Shown: positions 52,451 through 64,000 of the stretch, in pieces
Position numbering within the stretch: the first letter of the stretch is position 1
Layout of the letters: every line of letters begins with the position of its first letter
From: Octopus bimaculoides
Lineage: Eukaryota
Direction: 5' to 3'
Assembly: GCF_001194135.2 (NCBI RefSeq)
Contig: NC_069002.1
Location: 35,202,718-35,266,717, forward strand
DNA length: 64,000 nt
Translations under genes and position numbers: made by a program
The notes under the pieces: model-generated
What the model saw: the letters and a program-made list of their open reading frames with translations, nothing else
What the model was told of the DNA's origin: nothing
The model's database searches: none

Positions 52451-53425
52451 CCAACGACAAACCATCTATAGAGCAGCTTAATACTGGCTGTCGCACTATC
52501 TGCTGACTTTGCTACCAAATTCATCTGCTGCGATCGTGTTCATTTGCGTGGGTGTGCATGCGTGCACACACATCTGAGTAAATTTAATTTTTCTTTCCTT
52601 TCTACCTCTAATACTAACAAATCTCAATAGGTAAGTAGATTGGTAGGTAGGCAAATAGATAGGTGGAGAGGTAGGTAAAAAGGCAGAGAGGTAGATAGGC
52701 AGGTGGATAAATAGGCAGGTATGTAGACATGTAGGTAGACTGGTAGGTAGATAGGTACGTACGTACACTGTATGTGGGGATGGATGGATGGATGGATGTG
52801 TACATACTTATATACATACTTATATACATACTTATATACATACTTGCACGTATATTTTTTCAAATGTATTGTTTGCTCAGCAGATTAGTTCTCTTCGCAT
52901 GAATAGCGGTTCGTTTGTGAATATCACAACCAAGCACGATTTATGCAACCGTAGAAATCTGTTGAACAAATTCATTACATCTTGTGAATCCATATCGCTA
53001 TTTGTTAAAATTTCTCTTTGTACAAAACAAATGATACTATCTCTGGTGACAATCAGCGGAACCTTGAAACATTTCAGGTTGATACATGCTTCCTGAGATA
53101 AGGCAAAACCAAAAACTAAGCATAAACATTTGTTTACAACTGTCACAATACAGATATGGCGCTTGTGCGTTGCGTAAAAAAAGGTTTTCTCTTACATAAC
53201 GCTACTAATACACCAAAGAATGAATACACTCTAATGCAAACGTAATTGTATACATTACGTATCAATAATTGTATTTAAACGTGAATTAGAGTTGCTTAGT
53301 GGTTTTTGTATTCGGCTTACGATCGTAAGAACATGATTTCCATACCTGGTAGCGATGCGGTGGGTCCTTGAATGTCATGCTTTATTTCACTCTGCTCCAT
53401 TCCACTCAGCTGGCGAAAATGAATA

Positions 53426-53784
53426 CAGTAAACGCTCGATATATCTGGCGAATATGTAAATTTATATCGCGGGCTTCTCCGTATATCGAAGGTTTCTGCG
53501 GCCAATAGATATTAATAATTTTTATATTTTAATTATTTATTTTCGTAAATAAGATTTTAACACCTAGAAATTAATAAATTAATAAATAGAGTACAGTACT
53601 GCACTGGATAACACATTATTTAAAATATATTAACAGAAAATACATAGTGTACTGTAGATTAGCAAACAAAGAATCGTACGTATTCTATTGGAAAATACCA
53701 GTACAGTATAGCTTCTATTTCGCGGATTTCCACCCATCGTGAGGCTTTTGGAACGTAACACCCGTGATAGTCGAGTGATTACTC
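53426..53784. mobile_element. pogo/Tigger-like MITE, second copy
   Basis: TA|CAGTAAACGCTCG start and CGAGTGATTACTC|TA end. Homologous to 35048-35559. Confidence 0.7.
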
Positions 53785-55824
53785 TAGTACTAGCATTTCA
53801 AAGGACGTGTATCTGTATTTCAATAGTACTTGTATTTCAAAAGAGAAAATAAATAGTACCTTTATTTTAAAGGCTGAACCGCCTTCAGAACTATGTGAAT
53901 GGTATGAGTGCATGTGGATTGCTCAGTATTGTCTCGTTAATTTTACGAATAGGCTGTCCCATTGATCGGATTAATTGGAAACCTCGCTTTCCTAACCGAT
54001 TGTGTACCAGTTGTTTTACATGTAAGGCAGATATAAATTCTACCAGAAACTGATCTCATTCATGTACACTCTAAAAGCTCTAAAATGAATATTTCTAATT
54101 TTGATACAAGGCCATCAATTTGGGTGGGTTAAGGATAAATCATGTAATAGCCTCCAGTGCTCAACTAGTGCTTATGTCATCGACTCCGTAAAAAGCAAAA
54201 TAGATATTGGTGGTTATTTACATTCGACGGATATTTGTCCTCATCTTGTTTGTTAACACAACGTTTTGGCTGTTATACATATCCTTTTGTAATGTACACG
54301 TGTTTAATATAATACATATAAATTTTGTAATATCATATCATATCGTATATATTTACCCACTATATATTCAATCATACTGAACGTTTATATATCGTAATAT
54401 ACTGTCTTAAATTGTTAAATATTTTTATACAACTTGGAAACTATGCATGTTTATAAATATCTTAAAATAAATATTTTAAACATTCATGATATTTCTGAAG
54501 TTCAAATCCTTGTATATGCCTGTGTACTTTTATCTTATCTTACTATTATAGACATTTTACAGACTTAAAACTATATTGATTCTAGAATTAGAATACACAC
54601 ATATATTAATTCTTGTGTTGGATATGCGGTATTGTTCCTGTGGTTTTCCACCCTTATGTCTCCATTTAACTATATATATATATATNNNNNNNNNNNNNNN
54701 NNNNNNNNNNNNNNNNNNNNNNNNNNNNNNNNNNNNNNNNNNNNNNNNNNNNNNNNNNNNNNNNNNNNNNNNNNNNNNNNNNNNNNNNNNNNNNNNNNNN
54801 NNNNNNNNNNNNNNNNNNNNNNNNNNNNNNNNNNNNNNNNNNNNNNNNNNNNNNNNNNNNNNNNNNNNNNNNNNNNNNNNNNNNNNNNNNNNNNNNNNNN
54901 NNNNNNNNNNNNNNNNNNNNNNNNNNNNNNNNNNNNNNNNNNNNNNNNNNNNNNNNNNNNNNNNNNNNNNNNNNNNNNNNNNNNNNNNNNNNNNNNNNNN
55001 NNNNNNNNNNNNNNNNNNNNNNNNNNNNNNNNNNNNNNNNATATATATATATATATAAATTTATATCTGTTTATATATGTATGTATGTGTGTGTGTACGT
55101 GCGTGTTTATGCATGTATGTATACATCACATACATAATCAAATCTAAAAAACGTACACGTATATATGTAGTGTTGTGCGTGAGATAAGTTTTGTATAGGA
55201 ATTCCCCAGCCTCTTGTTCCCACATCCCTCCAGTAATGTCTTCTACGTTTACATCAATATCACTCCATCTCTCCCTGTCTCTATCCATCTCTCTCTCTCC
55301 TTTTCAATGTTGGTGTTTTTATGTGTGAGTATGATTGTGAGTGAGGTCGTGTGTGTGTGTGTGTGTGTGTGTGTCCGTACCTACAATTCAGCGCTGATTG
55401 CATTGTTACGTATCTAGTCCCCAAGATAGTAAAACACTTATTCATCGCTAGTATGTCATCTTTATAAACTCTAGGGATATATGTATGCAATGACTTATTA
55501 ATATAATACAATTCAAGAAGAGAATAATGATAATAAAATTTTAGAAAAGAAGAGAAATAAGAATGAAATGAATAAGAATTCAATTTAATTAGTTTACCTG
55601 CATGTTTAATCTATTCCCATTTACGGATGAAAAATATTACATATTCTTGTAGTGAATCAAATTATCATATTTGAGGTTCCATATAAATCTAGCGTATCAA
55701 ATTCGAAAGCATTGACATTTTAATGCTCATTAAAAATTTCACCGTTTCACCTTACCGAATCCCAATGGATACATGCATAAAGACAGGAATATAAATTATA
55801 TATCTATATATATACTTTTCTTTT

Positions 55825-55994
55825 ACTTCCTTCAGGCATTTGACTGTAGCCATTAGTCGAAATAATCGACCCGAGGATATATTTTTTGTAAATCTAATAC
55901 TTATTCTGCCTATCTCTTTTACTTAACCACTAAGTAACGGGGACATAAACACAACAATATCGGTTGCGATGTGATGGTAGGGGAACAAACACAG

Positions 55995-55995
<1 letters not shown>
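55825..55995 (-). mobile_element. SINE family A, 3' half, running into a gap
   Basis: ttcaggcatttgactgtagcc...cactaagtaacggggacataaacac. Confidence 0.75.
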
Positions 55996-56051
<56 letters not shown>

Positions 56052-56872
56052 NNNNNNNNNNNNNNNNNNNNNNNNNNNNNNNNNNNNNNNNNNNNNNNNN
56101 NNNNNNNNNNNNNNNNNNNNNNNNNNNNNNNNNNNNNNNNNNNNNNNNNNNNNNNNNNNNNNNNNNNNNNNNNNNNNNNNNNNNNNNNNNNNNNNNNNNN
56201 NNNNNNNNNNNNNNNNNNNNNNNNNNNNNNNNNNNNNNNNNNNNNNNNNNNNNNNNNNNNNNNNNNNNNNNNNNNNNNNNNNNNNNNNNNNNNNNNNNNN
56301 NNNNNNNNNNNNNNNNNNNNNNNNNNNNNNNNNNNNNNNNNNNNNNNNNNNNNNNNNNNNNNNNNNNNNNNNNNNNNNNNNNNNNNNNNNNNNNNNNNNN
56401 NNNNNNNNNNNNNNNNNNNNNNNNNTCTGTCCTAAAAAATTACATATTTTATCGACCCCGAAAACGCGAAAGGCAAATTGTAGCACGGCAGCATTTAAAC
56501 TTATATATATATATATATATATATATACACGCACGTATGTACGTATCTGCTGATTCACTAGAAGCGATAAATTACACAACATAAATGCTCGGAAACAAAT
56601 TATCAAATTACTGAGTACAAGAAACTTGCAGTTATAAAGTGTGTGTCTACCAGATCTACTCACAAGGCATTCGTCTACCCGAAGATATAGTAGCAGACAC
56701 TAGCCAAAATTACCTTGCGTTATGACTGAACCAGCATCCATGTCGCTGGGAAGAGTATTCCTCACTACACACCAATTGTTATGGTATATCCAAGACTTGA
56801 ACACGCAAACAATGCGTGCTTGTAAATACATATATGTGTACACGCATGTATCTATGTGTACGTGTATATATG

Positions 56873-57737
56873 TATAGGATGGGGTAGAGAGGACGGATGT
56901 TTTCCAAAAATTCACAAAATCTTTAATGTTAGCAGGAAAGAAATTTTATTGACATTAAAGTGTTCGTATTCAATTTGCATTTGTCAAAATCACACGTGGA
57001 AAATAATATCCATCATGTGGTGTCCGTTTTCATTGATGCATTTCTGAAGGCTTTATAGGAAGCTGGCTTCCATTCTCTCCAGCATTGCTCTGTCTATATG
57101 GGTGACTTCCACACGAATAGATTCCTTGAAATCGTCCAATGTAGAGGGCTTATGCGCATACACACGTGCCTCGAGTTTACTCCACAAGAAATAATCACAC
57201 ATGGACATATCAAGTGACCGAGGAGGCCAAGGAATATCAGCAAACCTGGAAATGTGGCGGTCACCAAAGAGGGCGAAGAGCGTACATTGATACTCTGGCT
57301 GTGTGGGCCGTCACCCCATCAATGCAGAGCGATTCGAACTCCGTATCAAAGCTTGTCCGACACGTTCCACATTTTCTGGGATCCGTACCGGTCGTAGCAC
57401 CCCCACCGGTCTTCCGTTCATTAGTGTACCCCGTGTACGAAGTGCATTCACCCAACGTAAGATTGTGTTAAGGGTGGGAACAGCCTGATTTCGGTGAGTG
57501 TTGAAATGGCGCCGAAATTCACGCTGAATTGCTTTGACATACTCGTAATTCTTCACGTAACTGTCGTAGGCAAATGCACGATGCTATATCGTCCACAGCG
57601 CCATACTTCACCTAAAACAAAAAAAAGAATGCTAAGACACCACGGACTGAATGGTACCTGTCAGACATATGTCCCTCCCCATGGAGCTGAGAAATAGCCA
57701 TTTCAAAACCACCCGTTCTCCCTGCTCGACCCTGTAT
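56873..57737 (-). mobile_element. Tc1/mariner-superfamily transposon, internally deleted, DD41D (rosa-type) spacing
   Basis: N-terminus KAIQREFRRHFNTHRNQAVPTLNTILRWV is fused to DGVTAHTARVSM...WPPRSLDMSMCDYFLW...KCINENGHH. There are 41 residues between the 2nd and 3rd Asp once a 2-nt frameshift is repaired. Degenerate TIRs begin TATACAGGGT at 57738. Confidence 0.85.
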
Positions 57738-58653
57738 ATATATATATATAAAACACAAGAAATCATTTTTGTCTCCTTTTATAGAAAGACAAGGGTTTAT
57801 AGGACTGCAAAAAGTGCTCAAATATATTTAGACAGAGATAAAGAAACATTGATCATAGAACAAACATCAAATTCGAGTCAACGTCTTTATATATAACACC
57901 ATACCTCTAACATTCGACTATATATAAATATTACCATGGTTCTTAAACATATAAAAATATACATATACAAAAACAAAACACAGAAGGTAAATATATATAT
58001 GCGAATAAAATACAAATATATAGAACGGCATATCAAAAAGGTAAATACAACGACTAAAATTTTAAAGTGCGTCATGCAACTAAAGACCTAAATAAACTAA
58101 GATAAAGTAAAATATAAAACGACTAAAAATATTTATAAAAAAGGTTTTTTTACTTACCTCTCACAAGAGTACGTCCAAATAGTTCAATTCTTAAAATCAA
58201 GGTAGGTAAGAGTCCAGGAGCAAAAATAATTCCACAAAGTAAATTCAAACACACCTATGACCATTTCGGGAGTTCACTCCCGCGGTTTGATTAAATTTAA
58301 AGTGCATCTTGGCAATGACCTCCACAGCAAGATGAACGGAAAACACACACACACAAAGCAAATCCAACAAAAAAAAAAGCTCATACAGTGCCACATAGCT
58401 AATTTGAAAGATAAACCCATCACAGGACAAGTCCAAATTTTCTAACACAAAAGAAGACAAGGAAAAAAAAAACAATTATTTCATTGCTAAACATATAGGT
58501 GACTGTTGATAGAAATTTAAATGTTCTGGTTTCAAATCCCCGTAAAACTAAATGTTATTTACTAAATCAACTTTTACTTCTATACACTTTCATAAAAGTA
58601 GAAGGAAATTTATGGCTGCAAGAAATTATCACCTCAGTAAATTTATTTAAAGT

Positions 58654-58780
58654 TTTAGGCCCAAAAGACTTAAGGATGACAAGGGATTCCCTTACACAAA
58701 ACTTGTACTTATCAATATTAACTCTGTGCAAGTTATGTGTAAGGGAATCCCTTGCCATCCTTAAGCATTTTGGTCCTAAA
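58654..58780. repeat. Hairpin with about 55-bp arms and a 17-nt loop (MITE- or pre-miRNA-like)
   Basis: tttaggcccaaaagacttaaggatgacaagggattcccttacacaaaacttgtac pairs with gtgcaagttatgtgtaagggaatcccttgccatccttaagcattttggtcctaaa. Confidence 0.85.
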
Positions 58781-60059
58781 TTCATACATATATACATTCT
58801 TCTCTTTCATTCTTTTACATGTTTCAGTCATTTCAGGCACGTGTGTATGCGCATAAGCCCTCTACATTGGACGATTTCAAGGAATCTATTCGTGTGGAAG
58901 TCACCCATATCGACAGAACAATGCTGGAGAGAATGGAAGCCAGTATCCAATAACACCTCCAGAAATGCATCAATGAAAACGGGACACCGCATGATGTATG
59001 TTATTTTCCACGTGTGATTTTGACAAATGCTAATTCAATACAAACACATTAATGTCAATAAAATTTCTTTGCTTCTAACATTAATGATTTTGTGAATTTT
59101 TGAAAAACGTCCATCCTCCCAACCCCATTCTATACATATATACACGTACACATATATGTGTTTACAAGCACGCATGTCTGCGTTTGCATGTTCAAGTCTT
59201 GGATATACCATAAAAATTGGTGTGTAGTGAGGAATTCTCTTCCCAGCGACATGGATGCTGGTTCAGTCATAACGCAAGGTAATTTTGGGTAGTGTCTGCT
59301 ACTATATTTCCGGGTAGACGAATGCCTTGTGAGTAGATCTGGTAGACAGAAAGTAACATCAAACATTCACACACACACACACACTTTATAACTGCAGGTT
59401 TTCTTGTACTCAGTAATTTGGGAATTTGTTTCCGATCATTTATGTTGTGTAATTTGTGGCTTCTAGTGAATCAACAGATACGTGCATACGTGTATATATN
59501 NNNNNNNNNNNNNNNNNNNNNNNNNNNNNNNNNNNNNNNNNNNNNNNNNNNNNNNNNNNNNNNNNNNNNNNNNNNNNNNNNNNNNNNNNNNNNNNNNNNN
59601 NNNNNNNNNNNTATATATATATATATATATATATATCAGGCACTGGTTTGAGACATTTGCTTTTAGATATATGGACAAATTCAATTTACCAAAGACCGCC
59701 CATCCAACTTGTATTCATCAATTTCTTTGGTTTGAATTTTGCCCTTTAAGTAGATTATTTTTCCAAAAGAGGCGAATTGGTTTACATGTTCAACAATTTA
59801 ATTATCTATTACTACATTTCCAGTTGTGACCAGATGGTTGGAAATTATTTTCATATTATTTATATTAATTCTGAATCAATATTTTTTTCATTCTTGTTTT
59901 AGTTTACTGACCATTTCTGTTGATACGTCAATGCTCCTGGAACTGAATACAATATTATCAGTGAATCTGAGATTATTAACATATATTTGTTTATAATTAT
60001 TCCATTATCTAAGAAAAATAAGATTTAAGATTTTAAAGACCTTTTCTAATACAGATGTA

Positions 60060-60260
60060 AATAATTAAGAGCAACACAAAGAGCCTTGAAAAAGGGAATA
60101 TTGAAGATTGATCTGAAATGGTCTTTCGCGGGCATGTGTTTAGAAGAAAAGAGCAATAGATTTAATGCTAAATTGACAGACTGGAAGGAATAGAAGGCCA
60201 TGCAGAAGCTGCAATGAAAAATTTCTAAAATTCTGTGGTATCCATATAAGGATCGAGAAC
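60060..60260 (+). mobile_element. RTE-clade LINE C-terminal fragment
   Basis: LRATQRAL...LKWSFAG...NRFNAKLTDW matches the RTE pattern LRVTQRAMER...LKWSWAGH...RW..KLTEW. Confidence 0.7.
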
Positions 60261-61419
60261 CCATCTGATTGTGGTTGGTGGAGAGAACATGCTGAGGTAG
60301 AGAGAGACTTTGTATATAAAATATATTTTATGATCTGCAGAGAAAGATACAACATTGTGAGGATTTGGCATTAAAAAAACACAGTTTACTGACGTATATT
60401 CGAGAATAATCAGGGGCATCGTAAATCTACTCACTCTAAAAAAAAGGAAAATATATACAAAAATGTCAAGCGAGTATTTTGTCAATGATGGATTATCTTT
60501 TCATCATAATTGTCAACTCACACGAAAAAAAGAAGAAAAAGAAAAGAAATAATTTGAGCTAAATAAAAAGTGCAACAACAAGAACACTGACATCAGTGTG
60601 TTGCTCACCATTAGTGACAGCGCCGTTCGCACGCCCTAGATTTTTTCGTTGGTCATATATTTACATATATCAGTAAAGTGTGCTGGAACCGATAAATAAA
60701 ACGGCAACAGTAAAAAAAGTGTTAAAAATAGGGAGAAATCTGCAAGTCGAGGTATATATTTCAGAGTCTGGTTGTTGGAATCAAAGAGATTTTCTGGCAA
60801 TAATATATATGAATATTCATGAACACATACTAAAGAGAACGTTTATATATATATATATATATAAATATATANNNNNNNNNNNNNNNNNNNNNNNNNNNNN
60901 NNNNNNNNNNNNNNNNNNNNNNNNNNNNNNNNNNNNNNNNNNNNNNNNNNNNNNNNNNNNNNNNNNNNNNNNNNNNNNNNNNNNNNNNNNNNNNNNNNNN
61001 NNNNNNNNNNNNNNNNNNNNNNNNNNNNNNNNNNNNNNNNNNNNNNNNNNNNNNNNNNNNNNNNNNNNNNNNNNNNNNNNNNNNNNNNNNNNNNNNNNNN
61101 NNTATATATATATATATATATATATGCGTGTATATGCGCATATTTATGTATCTAGATAGATATTTAAATAGATAGATAGGTAGATAGATAGATAGATATT
61201 CATTCTGCCCGTGATCGGTTATATTGTGCTGTTTTATTATAGTTTTTTTATCGATATTCTCGTAGCATTCTATATAATATCTGAGATATCGATCTAATAT
61301 TATCGAGAATATTCTGTGAAATATACCTTACCATTTTCCTCAATCTGGTAATAATTCCCCCACAATCTTATTTCTGTTAGTTAATCTCCTAGTTCCTTTT
61401 CTTCATTTTACTCCTTCCA

Positions 61420-61710
61420 TTGCTCTTCTACTTCTTCTTCTTCTTCTTCTTCCTTTTCTTCTTCTTCATACTTTTCTTTTTTCTCCTACATCTACTTAAC
61501 TTTTCGTCTTTTTCATCTTCATATTCAACTTCTTCGTCTTTCTTGTTCATTTTCTTCTCCTTTCTTCATCTTCCTTTTCTCCTTCTTCTTCTTCATATTC
61601 TTCTGTATCTCCTCCTTTTTTCCCGTTTTCTATTTTCTCTTCACCCATCTCCCTCGTCTGATTACTCTTCTCCTTCTTACACAACTTCAACTTATTCATT
61701 TTGTACCGCC

Positions 61711-61741
<31 letters not shown>

Positions 61742-62100
61742 CTACTCACATTTCTCTTCTTCTCTTTTCCTTCTACTTTTTTTCTAATTTGCATGTTTCT
61801 TCTTCTTCAATTTCCTCTTTCCTTCTATTTTCTCTGCTCTTCTCATCCACTTTCACCTCTTCTACATGGCTACTCCTGTTATCCTTCATCTCTAACTTCG
61901 TTTATTACATTCTCTATATTCCTTTTTCCTGGCCTTCCTCTACTGCATTTTTTTCATATTCTTATTCTCCTCCCTTTATTTACTCTTCACCTTATTTTAC
62001 TACCAACATAATTTTTCATTTACTTATACTCTCTTCTTCTTTCTCAGCTGATAATACTTATTCTCCTACACGTCTTGATCTTGTTTTTGACTTCTTGTCC
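61420..62100. repeat. (CTT)n/(CAA)n pyrimidine-rich low-complexity tract
   Basis: Visible cttcttctt runs; source of the 291-aa F/S/L ORF. Confidence 0.9.
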
Positions 62101-62397
62101 TACTCCTGTCCATCCTCTTCTAAGAAATTTTCTCTCTCATCTATTGCCTTTCCTATATGTCCTCCTCGTTCGTTTATTGACCCATATTTTCAGGTTTTGC
62201 TGTTGGATTTGTTGTTGTCCGTCTTTTCATCACTGTTGTTTTTTTGTCTTCTTGATTATGTTCCTTGGTTGTTTGAAGATGTTCGTTTACTATGAATAAT
62301 ACACAGAGTACAAGAGGCTCATAAAAACTGCCACAGCAAAATATATATTGCGTATCGGGGAAGTACGAAGTTATGGGCATGGCTATGTGTATGTATG

Positions 62398-62439
<42 letters not shown>

Positions 62440-62968
62440 NNNNNNNNNNNNNNNNNNNNNNNNNNNNNNNNNNNNNNNNNNNNNNNNNNNNNNNNNNNNN
62501 NNNNNNNNNNNNNNNNNNNNNNNNNNNNNNNNNNNNNNNNNNNNNNNNNNNNNNNNNNNNNNNNNNNNNNNNNNNNNNNNNNNNNNNNNNNNNNNNNNNN
62601 NNNNNNNNNNNNNNNNNNNNNNNNNNNNNNNNNNNNNNNNNNNNNNNNNNNNNNNNNNNNNNNNNNNNNNNNNNNNNNNNNNNNNNNNNNNNNNNNNNNN
62701 NNNNNNNNNNNNNNNNNNNNNNNNNNNNNNNNNNNNNNNNNNNNNNNNNNNNNNNNNNNNNNNNNNNNNNNNNNNNNNNNNNNNNNNNNNNNNNNNNNNN
62801 NNNNNNNNNNNNNNNNNNNNNNNNNNNNNNNNNNNNNNNNNNNNNNNNNNNNNNNNNNNNNNNNNNNNNNNNNNNNNNNNNNNNNNNNNNNNNNNNNNNN
62901 NNNNNNNNNNNNNNNNNNNNNNNNNNNNNNNNNNNNNNNNNNNNNNNNNNNNNNNNNNNNNNNNNNNN

Positions 62969-63003
<35 letters not shown>

Positions 63004-64000
63004 TTATTTATTTATATATACTTAAATATATAAATAGATATGAGTACATATATATGTATATAAAATTATATATGCATATATATGTGTGTATACGTATATA
63101 TAACCTATAAATGTGGCAACGGAATTTTCAGTGGAACTGAACAACTGAATATATATTCATGGTTTAATTAGTTTTAAAATTATTTCCACAATGCAAACTA
63201 TCAAAAAATCTCAGGATAAGATATATGCTTATTTATCGCGCAAACGTTGTCATATCGCTCACTCTTACCCACTTCTCACAAGAAACACCGATGAACATTT
63301 ACTTTCTATATTTTTGCAAACAAACCAATATCTAGGTTAATCTTTAAATGGAATTGCTTCAGGGAATAGAGAGGAAATAACGAAAACCAAAATTAGTAGT
63401 GTATTCATATAACCTATACTATGTCAGTTGCTGAAAATGGATGCAAGGTAAGAAGAAAATTAAGCCAGTAAAATTAAAATTTATGTTCCTATTCATATTA
63501 CGTATCAGTACAATTAGAAAATATATAGTGGAGCGACATCATATCTTTCAGATTATCGATATACATATTTACTCATCGTAGATCATCGATTGACAGTTGT
63601 ATTTCAATAAATATAATCAAACTTTTTGCTTTCTCGTTGCTGATTGGATAGAAATCATAAAAGTTTCCTTGCAAATTTGACTGTAAAAAATGCATACGGA
63701 AACGTGATCTGTAGAAGTTTAGAAACATAATTTCTGTGTGTGGTCACTTTGTATGACATACGAAAATAGTTTGAATGATAAAGCAAATTTAACGCTGGAA
63801 TTCAACATAAATGCTCTCGAAAGTTATTTTCGTCAAAGATGAAGAACTTTAATAAGTCAATTACTCCCAGAATATGTTTTCAATTTGATTGTGAAAACTA
63901 TTCTAAGATTTACACTTCAATAATCACAAAAGTAATCTGACATTTTAATTTAAACTTTGGAACGGTGTTTGATTCTTGTAGTATTCTTACCGAATAAAAT

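Larger units (their letters stand above)
56520..59499. repeat. Inverted segmental duplication, arms about 56520-57171 and 58835-59499
   Basis: The arms are reverse complements with scattered mismatches and small indels. Both carry the same decayed SINE A copy and the transposon 3' end. Confidence 0.9.

Noticed and set aside
52900-53000. SQDVMNLFNRFLRLHKSCLVVIFT, resembling a Polinton packaging ATPase
   Set aside because: No Walker A or B motifs and no other Polinton genes nearby.
58158-58254. Hydrophobic minus-strand exon candidate VCLNLLCGIIFAPGLLPTLILRIELFGRTLVR with GAG|gtaagt
   Set aside because: Weak acceptor, an alternative acceptor gives a different exon, and no link to the other exons could be shown.
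61420-62295. 291-aa ORF
   Set aside because: Product of a (CTT)n pyrimidine tract; low-complexity F/S/L with no domain signal.
94-63033. Numerous ORFs of [16 protein letters not shown] or poly-X type
   Set aside because: They are translations of microsatellites or N gaps, which simply lack stop codons.
1-64000. CRISPR array, rRNA, or prokaryotic operon or defence system
   Set aside because: No regularly spaced repeat-spacer units, no rRNA-like sequence and no gene-dense region; the DNA is animal non-coding in character.

Overview
AT-rich animal genomic DNA, not prokaryotic. It has very dense (TA)n/(CA)n/(TAGA)n microsatellites, ten assembly gaps that mostly abut (TA)n, and many copies of three tRNA-derived SINE families. 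The repeat make-up suggests an octopus genome (inference, not verified). No intact gene, rRNA, true tRNA or CRISPR array is visible, and most ORFs in the supplied track are microsatellite or N-gap artefacts. Recognisable content is decayed mobile DNA: Tc1, mariner and DD41D transposon remnants, pogo/Tigger-like MITEs, R4/Dong, RTE, Tx1/L1 and Penelope retroelement fragments. The best host-gene signal is a minus-strand terminal exon (29911-29519) with a strong acceptor and 130 open codons resembling a divergent TIR domain. By eye it can be joined in phase to four small upstream exons, creating an FxNPxY motif across a junction. A Penelope-type hammerhead ribozyme fold lies on the same strand about 260 nt upstream of that acceptor. 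Several fold-back structures are present, including a ~650-bp inverted segmental duplication, a 46-bp near-perfect inverted repeat and two ~130-170 nt hairpins. All protein-family calls are from motif reading by eye and need HMM or RNA-seq confirmation. Repeat boundaries are approximate.
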